The notes beneath the pieces were generated by a model that worked only from the letters and a program-made list of their open reading frames with translations, did no database searches and was not told the origin of the DNA. The position numbers were made by a program, and so were the translations under genes. A stretch of 64,000 nt of DNA. It comes from Dehalococcoidia bacterium (GTDB lineage: Bacteria > Chloroflexota > Dehalococcoidia > SM23-28-2). The DNA lies in contig DAOUEZ010000003.1 of NCBI GenBank assembly GCA_034429995.1, positions 187 to 64,186 of the forward strand. The letters are read 5' to 3'. Shown here piece after piece: positions 1 to 7,512 of the stretch. Position 1 is the first letter of the stretch. Every line of letters begins with the position of its first letter.

Positions 1-570
1 GGGTGGCCGCGGCGGCAGGCGGAGGCCCTCCTTGGGGTAGCCGAGGGCTACGAGGGCCTGCGGCTGGAAATCGGAGGGCAGGTCGAGGGCGAGGCGAACA
101 GCTTCTGGGCAGAAGAGGGGCGCCGAGATCCAGTGGCTGCCCAGGCCGCGAGCGTGAGCAGCGAGCATCAGGTTCTCCACGGCGGCGCCCACGCTCTGGA
201 CGAACATAAGCTCCTCTGCTCGCTGTCGGCGCTGGTCGGGCCAGGCACGCTGGGCCTGGCCTACGACGCCGGCCAGGATGAGGACGGGGGCGGCAGCGAG
301 GCGAGCTCGCGAGCGGGCCAGGAGCCGGCGGATGCGCGCTTCTTCCATGCCGTCGCGCTCTAGGTCCTGGCGCCAGCGCTTGCCCATGGCCTCCGTCAGG
401 CGAGCCCTGGCATCGGCGGAGAGAATGGCGAAGCGCCAGGGGTGGCTGTGGTGGGGGGAAGGGGCCAGGCAGGCAGCGGCGATGACCTCCTCCACCAGCG
501 CTGGCTCCACCGGCCGGGGGCTGAACTGGCGCACGGATCGGCGGGCGGCGAGAGCGGCGTCTAGCGTCAT
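1..570 (-). CDS. Nitroreductase-family protein, partial (3' end beyond window start). Possibly F420-biosynthesis associated (FbiB C-terminal-domain-like)
   Basis: The reverse-strand translation from ATG (complement 568-570) reads MTLDAALAARRSVRQFSPRPVEPALVEEVIAAACLAPSPHHSHPWRFAIL..., the nitroreductase N-terminal signature. In-frame alternative starts lie at 579 and 591. The gene was not in the ORF track because it has no stop within the window. Confidence 0.6.
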   Translation of the reverse strand, partial: MTLDAALAARRSVRQFSPRPVEPALVEEVIAAACLAPSPHHSHPWRFAILSADARARLTEAMGKRWRQDLERDGMEEARIRRLLARSRARLAAAPVLILAGVVGQAQRAWPDQRRQRAEELMFVQSVGAAVENLMLAAHARGLGSHWISAPLFCPEAVRLALDLPSDFQPQALVALGYPKEGLRLPPRPP

Positions 571-603
571 CGCAGGCATGTCGGAGGGCATCCTGAAAGC
601 AAG

Positions 604-673
604 CCGCTCATGGTGAGCTTGTCGAACCAGGAGCGGGCGTTCGCTCGTCCTTCGACGGGCTCAGGATGAGCGG
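604..673. repeat. Hairpin repeat copy R1, two modules in opposite orientation
   Basis: Module ccgctcatggtgagcttgtcgaaccaggagcgg then cgctcgtccttcgacgggctcaggatgagcgg. Each module has a ~9 bp stem and a 13 nt loop (TTCGACNNGCTCA or its reverse complement). R1 lies between the nitroreductase start and the cofC 3' end. Confidence 0.8.
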
Positions 674-1369
674 AACGAGGGGCAGGGATGCGAGGAGCTG
701 CCGGCTTCTGGTGCCATTCGGTTGGGCGAGAAGGGCCGCCAGGTCGTGCGGGCGGTCGATGTCGAGGGCTAGGGAAGGGAGCGGGAGCAGCGTGAGGGGC
801 AGGCCGCGCGCCCTTGCCTCGCGCTGGTGGGCGGCAGAGCTGCGGTGGCCGAAGCGGAAGGGGATGGTGCCGGGTGGCTGGAGGGCGAGGGCGTTGGTGC
901 CGCCGCTGCGCGAAGGGCAGAGGACAATCGACGGGTTGGTGTTCATGCGGTTAAGGATAGCCTCTATGTCGGCGGTGGTGGCCAGGGGCACGTCGACGGG
1001 GAGGACGAGAAGGCCGCTGGCGCCCTGCCCAGAGAGCACGTCCGAGGCGAAGGCGAGGGCGGCGTTCAAGCCGCGGGGCTGGGGCGGCTCCCGGATGGCC
1101 TGAGCGCTCAGCCGGCGGGCGAAGGCCAGCACATCGGCGTCGGGGCTGACGACGGCGGTGGTGGCGATGGCGGGCACGTCGGCCAGAAGGCCGACGACAT
1201 CCTCGAGCATGGCCATGACCAGGGCGTGGCGCTGGGCGTCGGAGAGGACGGGCCGCAGGCGGCTCTTCGAGTGGCGCAGGGCTTTGACTGGCACCAGGGC
1301 GGCGATGATGCCTGTTGAAACACTCTGGTGCGCCGTTCGTGGTTCGACAGGCTCGCCACGAGCGGACAT
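608..1369 (-). CDS. cofC: 2-phospho-L-lactate guanylyltransferase CofC (F420 biosynthesis)
   Basis: The segment IIAALVPVKALRHSKSRLRPVLSDAQRHALVMAMLEDV matches the CofC N-terminal motif. The ORF's 5' extension (to 1597) and its last ~20 codons are translations of repeat copies R2 and R1, so the start is placed at the ATG at 1367-1369, inside the repeat. Confidence 0.7.
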   Translation of the reverse strand: MSARGEPVEPRTAHQSVSTGIIAALVPVKALRHSKSRLRPVLSDAQRHALVMAMLEDVVGLLADVPAIATTAVVSPDADVLAFARRLSAQAIREPPQPRGLNAALAFASDVLSGQGASGLLVLPVDVPLATTADIEAILNRMNTNPSIVLCPSRSGGTNALALQPPGTIPFRFGHRSSAAHQREARARGLPLTLLPLPSLALDIDRPHDLAALLAQPNGTRSRQLLASLPLVPLILSPSKDERTPAPGSTSSP

Positions 1370-1414
1370 ACAAAGGTGGTCAAGATCGCTCGCCCTGAGC
1401 TTGTCGAAGGGCGG
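1334..1414. repeat. Hairpin repeat copy R2
   Basis: Modules cgttcgtggttcgacaggctcgccacgagcgg and cgctcgccctgagcttgtcgaagggcgg. The stems carry compensatory changes (cgtgg/ccacg versus catgg/ccatg in other copies). R2 sits in the cofD-cofC junction. Confidence 0.8.
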
Positions 1415-1440
1415 ACAGGGCCCTTTCTCGACGGTCTCCA

Positions 1441-2499
1441 TCACTTCCCTTTCCCTCGTATGGCCTTTAGCACGCGGCGGGCGAGGGCCGCTTTCTCCTC
1501 CATGCCTTTCATTATCGTGTCTGTGACCACTACGTCCAAGCCCAGGGCCTCGATGCGGGCGCGATCGGCGGCGTCGGCGTTGTCGATCACCAGGCAATCG
1601 AGGAAGTCCTCATAGAGCCAGCCTATCTGCCAGGCGCTGACCTCCATGCGCAGGCCCTTCATCATCTTGTCGGCGGGGCCCTTGATGACGGCGCCGCCCA
1701 CGATGGGGCTGACGGCCACCACGCGGGCCTTGGTCTGGCGCAGCGCCTTCCTGACGCCGGGCAGGGCGAGGATGGGCCCGATGCTGACGATAGGGTTGCT
1801 GGGGGCGATGACGATGCCCTCGGCGGCGGTGATGGCGTCGATGACGCCGGGGGCGGGCTTGGCGTCCTCGATGCCGGCGAGCTTGAGGCCGCGGAAGGGG
1901 TCGCGGGCGCCGCGCTTCACCATGTACTCCTGGAAGTCGATCAGGCCGTCGGGGGTCTCGACGCGGGTTTGGAGGGGGTCGTCGGTCATGGGCAGGATGG
2001 TGACCTCGAGGCCGAAGGCGCGGGCGATCTCGGCGGTGGCCTGGGAGAGGGTGCGGCCCTGGCGGAGGAGGTGGGTGCGATGGATGTGGGTGGCCAGGTC
2101 GCGGTCGCCGAGGGAGAACCAGGTCTCGTGGCCGAAGCGGCTGAGGGCGTCGAGGGCCTGGAAGGTGTCGCCGGCCAGGCCCCAGCCGGTCTCGGGGTTG
2201 ACCAGAGGCAGTTTCAGGAATGGCTCGCCACCCCCGCCTGTCCGCCATGCGGACTCCGCCTCTGCGGATGGCGGAGAAGGCGGGGGCATGGATGCCGCCC
2301 CGTTTACGGGGCGGTGTGGAGAGAATTCGCCCGCCAGGTGGTAGATGACGATATCGATGTCGGGGGAGACGTGGAGGCCGAACATCTCGAGGTCGTCGCC
2401 GGTGTTGGAGACGACGGCGACGTCCTTCTGGGGCACAACCTGGACGAGGCCCTGGAGGAAGCGCGCGGCGCCCACGCCGCCGGAGAGGACGGTGATCAT
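1441..2499 (-). CDS. cofD: LPPG:FO 2-phospho-L-lactate transferase CofD
   Basis: N-terminus MITVLSGGVGAARFLQGL and the C-terminal VSPIVGGAVIKGPADKMMKGL motif are typical of CofD. Its ATG overlaps the upstream TPR gene stop (ATGA). Confidence 0.85.
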   Translation of the reverse strand: MITVLSGGVGAARFLQGLVQVVPQKDVAVVSNTGDDLEMFGLHVSPDIDIVIYHLAGEFSPHRPVNGAASMPPPSPPSAEAESAWRTGGGGEPFLKLPLVNPETGWGLAGDTFQALDALSRFGHETWFSLGDRDLATHIHRTHLLRQGRTLSQATAEIARAFGLEVTILPMTDDPLQTRVETPDGLIDFQEYMVKRGARDPFRGLKLAGIEDAKPAPGVIDAITAAEGIVIAPSNPIVSIGPILALPGVRKALRQTKARVVAVSPIVGGAVIKGPADKMMKGLRMEVSAWQIGWLYEDFLDCLVIDNADAADRARIEALGLDVVVTDTIMKGMEEKAALARRVLKAIRGKGK

Positions 2500-3980
2500 G
2501 GCTTGGGTGGGGGCTTCTTGCGGGTGCGCTTGCGCTTGGGCTTGAGCGCGCCGACGGCGTGGAGACGCTCGAGGACGCGGCGGGCACCCGGGATGCGCTC
2601 AAGCCGTTCCAACGAGCCGATGAGGTCGTCTAGGGCGCGGGGCTGGTCTTCTGCCTGGGAGAACAGTTCTTGCGCCTGGCGGAGCTTGTCCTTGGCCCTG
2701 GCTAGGTCGAGGCGCTGAAAGAGAGCGAGGCCCAAGAAGAGGGTCATGAATGCTTGGCCTGGGAGATGGTGCAAGTCGCGGTAGAGCGCCAAAGCTTCGG
2801 TCAGGGGCTCATCAGCGTCGTCGGGCTCCTGACGGCTGAGGTGGATCGTGCCGAGGGTGCCGAGAGCCTCGGCGGTTCCCTTTTGGTCGGCCGCCTCTTT
2901 GGAGAGAGCGAGCGCACGGAGGCAGCGGTCGAAGGCCCGCGCGTGGTCACCGCGGTCGCGAGAAATGGCAGCCGCCCTGTCCAGAGCCCAGGCCTGCCGG
3001 GCGAGGTCGCCCTGGTCCGCGTAGAGCTCAGAGGCCGCAAGGTAGGATTGTTCCGCCTTGTCAGCATCCTTGCGCGAGCGGTACACGTCGCCCAGGTCGG
3101 ACAGAACCGCTGCTCTGCCCCTCTGATCGCCGACTTTGTCGAAGATGTCTAGGGCGCGCCTATTGAGTTCCTCGGCCTTCCGCAGGGCGCGAGGGTCGCC
3201 GCGCTGCTGGTACATGTTGCCGAGGTCGCCGAGGCAGCGCGCGCGGCCCTTCTCGTCGCCCAGGCGTTCGCGGGTAGCGAGCGCCTCGGTCAGGCATCCC
3301 TCCGCCTCGTCTAAGCGCCCTTGCCGCCGGTGCACAAGGCCTAGCGAGGCCAACACATCGGCGACAGTGGATTCATGGCCAAGACTTCGGAATATCTCGA
3401 GAGCCTCTTTGTGGTAGCTTTCCGCTGCTTCCAGTCGGCGCTGCTCGTAGGTGGCGAGACCCAATCCCAACAAAGCTACGCCCTCGGGTTCGCGTTCCCC
3501 GGCGCTACGGGCCAGGTCCAAAGCCTGCAGGAGGTGCCCCTCAGCCTCCGCAGGCCGCTGGAGCATGCCGAAATTCCACCCGATGCAGATGTGAAGGGTG
3601 CAGCGGTGGATGTCCTCGGTCGCTGCGGCGAAGGCCTTCTCGTACTGCCGTATGGCACCGGCGTGGTCCCCTGCGGCTTCAAGCCGCTGACCTTCCTCGA
3701 ACGCATTCCGTACGGCGAGTAGAGGGGCGTCGGGCAGACCGTCTACATAGTGTGGGGCGTTGATTATGGTGACGGGTGCGTGGAAATGCTGGGTGGCGGC
3801 TACCAGGGTGCCCATCTGTCGCCGCACAGCTTGCTCGGTAGCAATGATGGAGTCCTTGATCGTCTGATCGCGGCCAGCGGTCACGGCTCCACGGTCGGCT
3901 TGAACAGTGGGTTGCCCGCGAATCCTGTTCCAGAGCCAGCGGGCTGCGGCGGGAACCCATGAGAGCCACGGAATCGCCAC
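2496..3980 (-). CDS. Tetratricopeptide (TPR_12-like) repeat protein with a basic C-terminal tail
   Basis: Multiple 34-40 aa repeats with TPR periodicity, for example ALxxLGxxxxxxGxxxEAxxxxxxALxIxxxxGD. The GTG start overlaps the mutS2 stop and the stop overlaps the cofD start. Confidence 0.7.
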   Translation of the reverse strand: MAIPWLSWVPAAARWLWNRIRGQPTVQADRGAVTAGRDQTIKDSIIATEQAVRRQMGTLVAATQHFHAPVTIINAPHYVDGLPDAPLLAVRNAFEEGQRLEAAGDHAGAIRQYEKAFAAATEDIHRCTLHICIGWNFGMLQRPAEAEGHLLQALDLARSAGEREPEGVALLGLGLATYEQRRLEAAESYHKEALEIFRSLGHESTVADVLASLGLVHRRQGRLDEAEGCLTEALATRERLGDEKGRARCLGDLGNMYQQRGDPRALRKAEELNRRALDIFDKVGDQRGRAAVLSDLGDVYRSRKDADKAEQSYLAASELYADQGDLARQAWALDRAAAISRDRGDHARAFDRCLRALALSKEAADQKGTAEALGTLGTIHLSRQEPDDADEPLTEALALYRDLHHLPGQAFMTLFLGLALFQRLDLARAKDKLRQAQELFSQAEDQPRALDDLIGSLERLERIPGARRVLERLHAVGALKPKRKRTRKKPPPKP

Positions 3981-6346
3981 TATCGTGCTACCTCCACGAT
4001 GGTCACGCCCTCGCCGCCCTCCTTGGGCGGGGGCGTCGAGAGCGATTTTACCAGCGGGTGCTCCGATAGGGCATCGCGGATGCCGCGGCGGAGGGTGCCG
4101 GTGCCCTTGCCGTGGACGATGCGCACCTGGGGCAGGCCGGCGCGGAAGGCGGCGTCCAGGTGCTGCTCGATGAGGGGCATAGCCTCGTCGATGGTCATGC
4201 CGCGCACCTCCAGCTCGGCCGGCGGCGGCTCGGACGGCGGGAGGCTGGTGTCGACGGCCGTGACTTCGGAGGCCTTGTCCACTCCCTCGACCTCGCTGAC
4301 GTTGATCCTGCCGTGGAAGGCGCCCAGGCGGACGGCGAGCTCCCCGACCGCGGTCGGGGGGCCGAGGGCCTCGGCGGGCTGGGAGAGGTCGCGCAGCCAG
4401 AGGCGGTCGCCGGCGGCGATGGGCGGGAGGGGGCCCTTGCGGCGCCTGCGCTTGCGGCGCACCTTCTCCACCCGCTCCTCGACGGCCTCGACCTTCTGCT
4501 TGGCGGCTTCCAGGGCCTCCTTGGCGGCGGCCTCGCGCTCGGCGCGGGCGATCTCCTTGGCGGCGGTGCGCAGGCGGGCGCGAACCTGCTGGAGCTCGCG
4601 CTCCATCTCTAGGCGCGTCCGCTCGATAGTGCGATCGTGCTCGGTGTCCACGGCGGCCAGCTTCTCCGCCAGGCCGGCGCGGATCGCCTCGGCTTCGCGG
4701 CGAGCGATCTGCTCGGCGCGGGCGGCGTCCGCTGCCTGCTGGCGCTCGCGCTGGATCTCGGCGAGGAGGCTCTCGATCTCCTGGCGGTCGGGGGCGATGT
4801 GCTGGCGGGCGCGCTCGAGGATGTCGGGCGGCATGCCCAGGCGGTCGGCGATGGCCAGGGCGTTGCTCTGGCCGGGCAGGCCGATGCTCAGGCGATAGGT
4901 GGGGGCGAGGCTCTCCAGGTTGAACTCCACCGAGGCGTTGACGATGCCCGGCGTCGTGTGGGCGAAGAGTTTGAGCTGGCCGTGGTGGGTAGTGGCGACG
5001 GTGGTGGCGCCGACGTCCAGGAGGTGGTGGAGGATGGCCTGGGCCAGGGCTGTGCCCTCGCTGGGGTCGGTGCCGGCGCCGAGCTCGTCGAGGAGGACGA
5101 GGGTGTTGCGCTGGGCCTCGCTCAGGATGTGGATGATGTTGCCGACGTGGGAACTGAAGGTGGACAGCGACTGCTCGATGCTCTGCTCGTCGCCGATGTC
5201 GGCGTGGACGGCGGCGAACACGGGGACGCGGCTGCCCAGATCGGCGGGGATAGGCAGGCCGGCCTGGGCCATCAGGGTGAGCAGACCGACGGTCTTGAGG
5301 GCGACCGTCTTGCCGCCGGTGTTCGGGCCGGTGATGAGGACGATGGAGTAGGAGTCGCCCACCCAGATGGAGATGGGCACTACCTCGCCGGTGAGCAGAG
5401 GGTGGCGGGCGTTCATCAGACGCAGCTCGGCGGGGCCCTCGGCCAGCCAGGGCTGGTCGTCGCTGAGGTAGGGGAGCTCTTTGGCGTCAAGCGACTCGCC
5501 CAGATTGGCCTTGGCCAGGGCCAGGTCGAGCTCGGCCAGCGTGTCCACCGTCATCTCGATGTCGGCGGCGGCCTGGCCGACGCGGGCGCTGAGGGCGCGC
5601 AGGATGCGCTCGACCTCGCGTTGCTCCTCGAGCTGCAGCTCGCGCCAGGTGTTGCCCAGCTCGACGGCCTCCAGGGGCTCAAGGAAGACGGTGGCGCCGC
5701 TGCTGGAGACGTCGTGGACGATGCCCGGCAGTTGGCCGCGCAGCTCGGCCTTCACAGGGATGACGTAGCGGCCGTCGCGGAGGGTGACAATGGGCTCCTG
5801 GGCCGCTTGCCGGCCGGTGGACGAGGAGAGGATGTGCTGGAGCTTGGCGGTCAGGCGGTCGTGGGCCAGGCGGGTCTCGCGGCGGAGCTCGGACAGGATG
5901 GGGCTGGCGGCGTCGGTTACCTCGGAGCGGGGGTTGATGCAGCGCGAAATCTCCGCCGCCAGGGGCGAGAGGTCGGCCAGTCCCTCGGCCAGGGCGGTGA
6001 GCAGGGGCAAGTTGATGCCGAGGCGCTGGATGGTGTTGCGCAGCGATACGGCCAGGCTGAGGGTGGCCTGGATGTCGAGGAGCTCGGCGGGCTCCAGGAC
6101 GCCGGCCAGGGCTGCCTTCTGGACCTGGGGACGCACGTCGTGGGCGCCGCCCAGGGTGAGGTTGGGCTGCATCTCGAGCAGGCGGCGGGCCTCGGCGGTG
6201 ATCCGCTGGCGGCGGACGACCTCGGCGTAGTCGGAGGACGGGCGGAGGGCAAGGGCCAGCGCGCGGCCGGCGGAGAAGGCGGTGTGCCCGGCCAGGCGGG
6301 CCAGCACCTTGTCGAACTCCAGAGTGGAGAGAGTCTTAGCGTTCAT
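3980..6346 (-). CDS. mutS2: Endonuclease MutS2 (MutS domain plus C-terminal Smr domain)
   Basis: Walker A motif GPNTGGKTV and a C-terminal Smr domain (VHGKGTGTLRRGIRDALSEHPLV). The start is placed at ATG 6346 (MNAKTLSTLEFDKV) because it has an AGGAG Shine-Dalgarno 6 nt upstream. The ORF track extends to 6364. Confidence 0.9.
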   Translation of the reverse strand: MNAKTLSTLEFDKVLARLAGHTAFSAGRALALALRPSSDYAEVVRRQRITAEARRLLEMQPNLTLGGAHDVRPQVQKAALAGVLEPAELLDIQATLSLAVSLRNTIQRLGINLPLLTALAEGLADLSPLAAEISRCINPRSEVTDAASPILSELRRETRLAHDRLTAKLQHILSSSTGRQAAQEPIVTLRDGRYVIPVKAELRGQLPGIVHDVSSSGATVFLEPLEAVELGNTWRELQLEEQREVERILRALSARVGQAAADIEMTVDTLAELDLALAKANLGESLDAKELPYLSDDQPWLAEGPAELRLMNARHPLLTGEVVPISIWVGDSYSIVLITGPNTGGKTVALKTVGLLTLMAQAGLPIPADLGSRVPVFAAVHADIGDEQSIEQSLSTFSSHVGNIIHILSEAQRNTLVLLDELGAGTDPSEGTALAQAILHHLLDVGATTVATTHHGQLKLFAHTTPGIVNASVEFNLESLAPTYRLSIGLPGQSNALAIADRLGMPPDILERARQHIAPDRQEIESLLAEIQRERQQAADAARAEQIARREAEAIRAGLAEKLAAVDTEHDRTIERTRLEMERELQQVRARLRTAAKEIARAEREAAAKEALEAAKQKVEAVEERVEKVRRKRRRRKGPLPPIAAGDRLWLRDLSQPAEALGPPTAVGELAVRLGAFHGRINVSEVEGVDKASEVTAVDTSLPPSEPPPAELEVRGMTIDEAMPLIEQHLDAAFRAGLPQVRIVHGKGTGTLRRGIRDALSEHPLVKSLSTPPPKEGGEGVTIVEVAR

Positions 6347-6358
6347 GACACTCCTGTT

Positions 6359-6529
6359 GCTCATCCTTCGACGGGCTCAGGATGAGCGGGATGATTCACC
6401 CTACGAGGAACCGCTCATAGTGAGCTTAGCTAGAATAATCCGCTCATGGTGAGCCTACTTATGGTAGTCCGCTCATGGTGAGCCTACTTATGGTAGTCCG
6501 CTCATGGTGAGCTTGTCGAACCATGAGCA
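6359..6529. repeat. Hairpin repeat copy R3 with an internal 2x29 bp tandem unit
   Basis: A perfect module gctcatccttcgacgggctcaggatgagcgg at 6359-6389. Then ccgctcat(a/g)gtgagc partial units at 6410, 6441, 6470 and 6499. The unit tccgctcatggtgagcctacttatggtag is duplicated exactly at 6439-6467 and 6468-6496, and a full module lies at 6499-6529. Confidence 0.85.
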
Positions 6530-6798
6530 CGGGATAGTCGTCTGAGGTCGTCCCAGTCGCCTGTAGTCAAAGCCTCCTTCTTCCTCCTCGACCAACCCTT
6601 CAGTTGTCTCTCGCGCTGAAAGGCATCTTCTCGAGAAGGGAATTCCTGATGAAAGACGAGCTGGACGGGTCGGCGAGAGTGGGTGTAGCCCGCGATCTGT
6701 CCGCTTTGGTGAGCGGCGAGCCGTCTTTCGAGATCGTCGGTGTGACCCACATAGTAGGAGCCGTCGGCGCAGCGGAGGATATAGACGTAGAAGCTCAC
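6502..6798 (-). CDS. GIY-YIG nuclease family protein (UPF0213 / YhbQ-like, 98 aa)
   Basis: FYVYILRC...YVGHTDDLERRLAAHQSG...RERQLKGWSRRKKEAL is the canonical GIY-YIG motif set. The last ~11 codons (LSRAHGSTSSP) are encoded by repeat R3. Confidence 0.85.
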   Translation of the reverse strand: MSFYVYILRCADGSYYVGHTDDLERRLAAHQSGQIAGYTHSRRPVQLVFHQEFPSREDAFQRERQLKGWSRRKKEALTTGDWDDLRRLSRAHGSTSSP

Positions 6799-6816
6799 CG
6801 AAGGAGCCCGGGTCCT

Positions 6817-6896
6817 CGCTCATGGTGAGCTTGTCGAACCATGAGCGGGAGGGCGTCAGCGGGTGCCTCGTCCTTCGACAGGCTCAGGACGAGCGG
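6817..6896. repeat. Hairpin repeat copy R4
   Basis: cgctcatggtgagcttgtcgaaccatgagcgg (perfect) followed by cctcgtccttcgacaggctcaggacgagcgg, which has a compensatory stem variant cgtcc/ggacg. Confidence 0.85.
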
Positions 6897-6900
6897 ATGG

Positions 6901-7000
6901 GGGGCGAGGGCCAGGGCGCGGCCGGCGGAGAAGGAGCTGTGCCCGGCCAGCCGGGCCAGTATCTTGTCGAACTCCAGGGTGGAAAGGGTTTTAGCGTTCA
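6901..7000 (-). pseudogene. Degenerate duplicate of the mutS2 5' end (codons ~1-34), start codon lost
   Basis: ~87% nucleotide identity to 6245-6346. The reverse-strand translation reads NAKTLSTLEFDKILARLAGHSSFSAGRALALAP versus MutS2 NAKTLSTLEFDKVLARLAGHTAFSAGRALALAL. The ATG is replaced (ttcatgac becomes ttcagggt). The fragment overlaps the GNAT gene stop. Confidence 0.75.
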
Positions 7001-7497
7001 GGGTTCTGTTCCTGCCTTGCAGATAGTTTTCTCCCCAGCACGACCGAGGTTTCCCGCTGGCGGGCGGGGATGTCCCAGTACGTCCGCAGGAGGGCGTCGC
7101 CGTCGGGCAGGAGGCGGAAGCCGTGCTTCTCGTAGAAGCGGATGGCCCAGGTGGCGTCCGCCCAGGTGCCCACCAGGAGACGCTCGGTGGTCGTCAGGCC
7201 CATGACGTGGCGGACGAGGGCGCTGGCGATGCCCCGGCGCTGGCGGTCGGGCAGCACGTAGCAGTGGCGCACCAGGGTCACGTCCCTGATCGGCTCGTAG
7301 CCGATGACGCCCGCCAGGCGTCCGTCCTCCTCCCAGGCGTAGAAGGTCATGCGGGCGGCCTCGCGCTCCAGCTCGTCCAGGGGCATGTAGGGCTGGTGGT
7401 AGCAGTCGGCGGGGATGACGCTCTCGTAGGCGCTAGCGGCGTCGTTGATGACGGCGAACATGCGGCGGAGGTCGGCCTGGTTGCAGGGTCTAATCAC
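6991..7497 (-). CDS. GNAT family N-acetyltransferase
   Basis: The acetyl-CoA binding motif region RQRRGIASALVRHVM...RFYEKHGF is typical of GNAT. Confidence 0.8.
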   Translation of the reverse strand: MIRPCNQADLRRMFAVINDAASAYESVIPADCYHQPYMPLDELEREAARMTFYAWEEDGRLAGVIGYEPIRDVTLVRHCYVLPDRQRRGIASALVRHVMGLTTTERLLVGTWADATWAIRFYEKHGFRLLPDGDALLRTYWDIPARQRETSVVLGRKLSARQEQNPER

Positions 7498-7512
7498 TAG
7501 GCGTGGTCTCCA

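Noticed and set aside
1610-2602. Long antisense or overlapping ORFs inside real genes (e.g. 1610..2602, 4637..6385, 7751..8506, 8955..9635, 17773..18798, 31535..32155, 34696..36921, 54183..55916, 57673..59589, 59684..61171)
   Set aside because: They are Arg/Pro/Gly-rich, low-complexity translations on the opposite strand or in an alternate frame of well-supported genes, with no recognisable motifs. These are the usual open frames in ~68% GC DNA.
6439-6496. Possible CRISPR array (29-bp unit repeated)
   Set aside because: There are only two exact tandem copies with no intervening unique spacers and no cas genes. It is a tandem duplication inside repeat copy R3.
6488-7205. ORFs 6488..6823(-), 6822..7205(+), 6841..7026(+) and 34493..35182(-) containing FDKLRA / SLSNHER / RQAQDER / VEGRT peptides
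   Set aside because: They are translations of the hairpin repeat modules plus the decayed mutS2 5' duplicate. The same peptides recur wherever the repeat occurs, so they are repeat-derived and not protein-coding genes.
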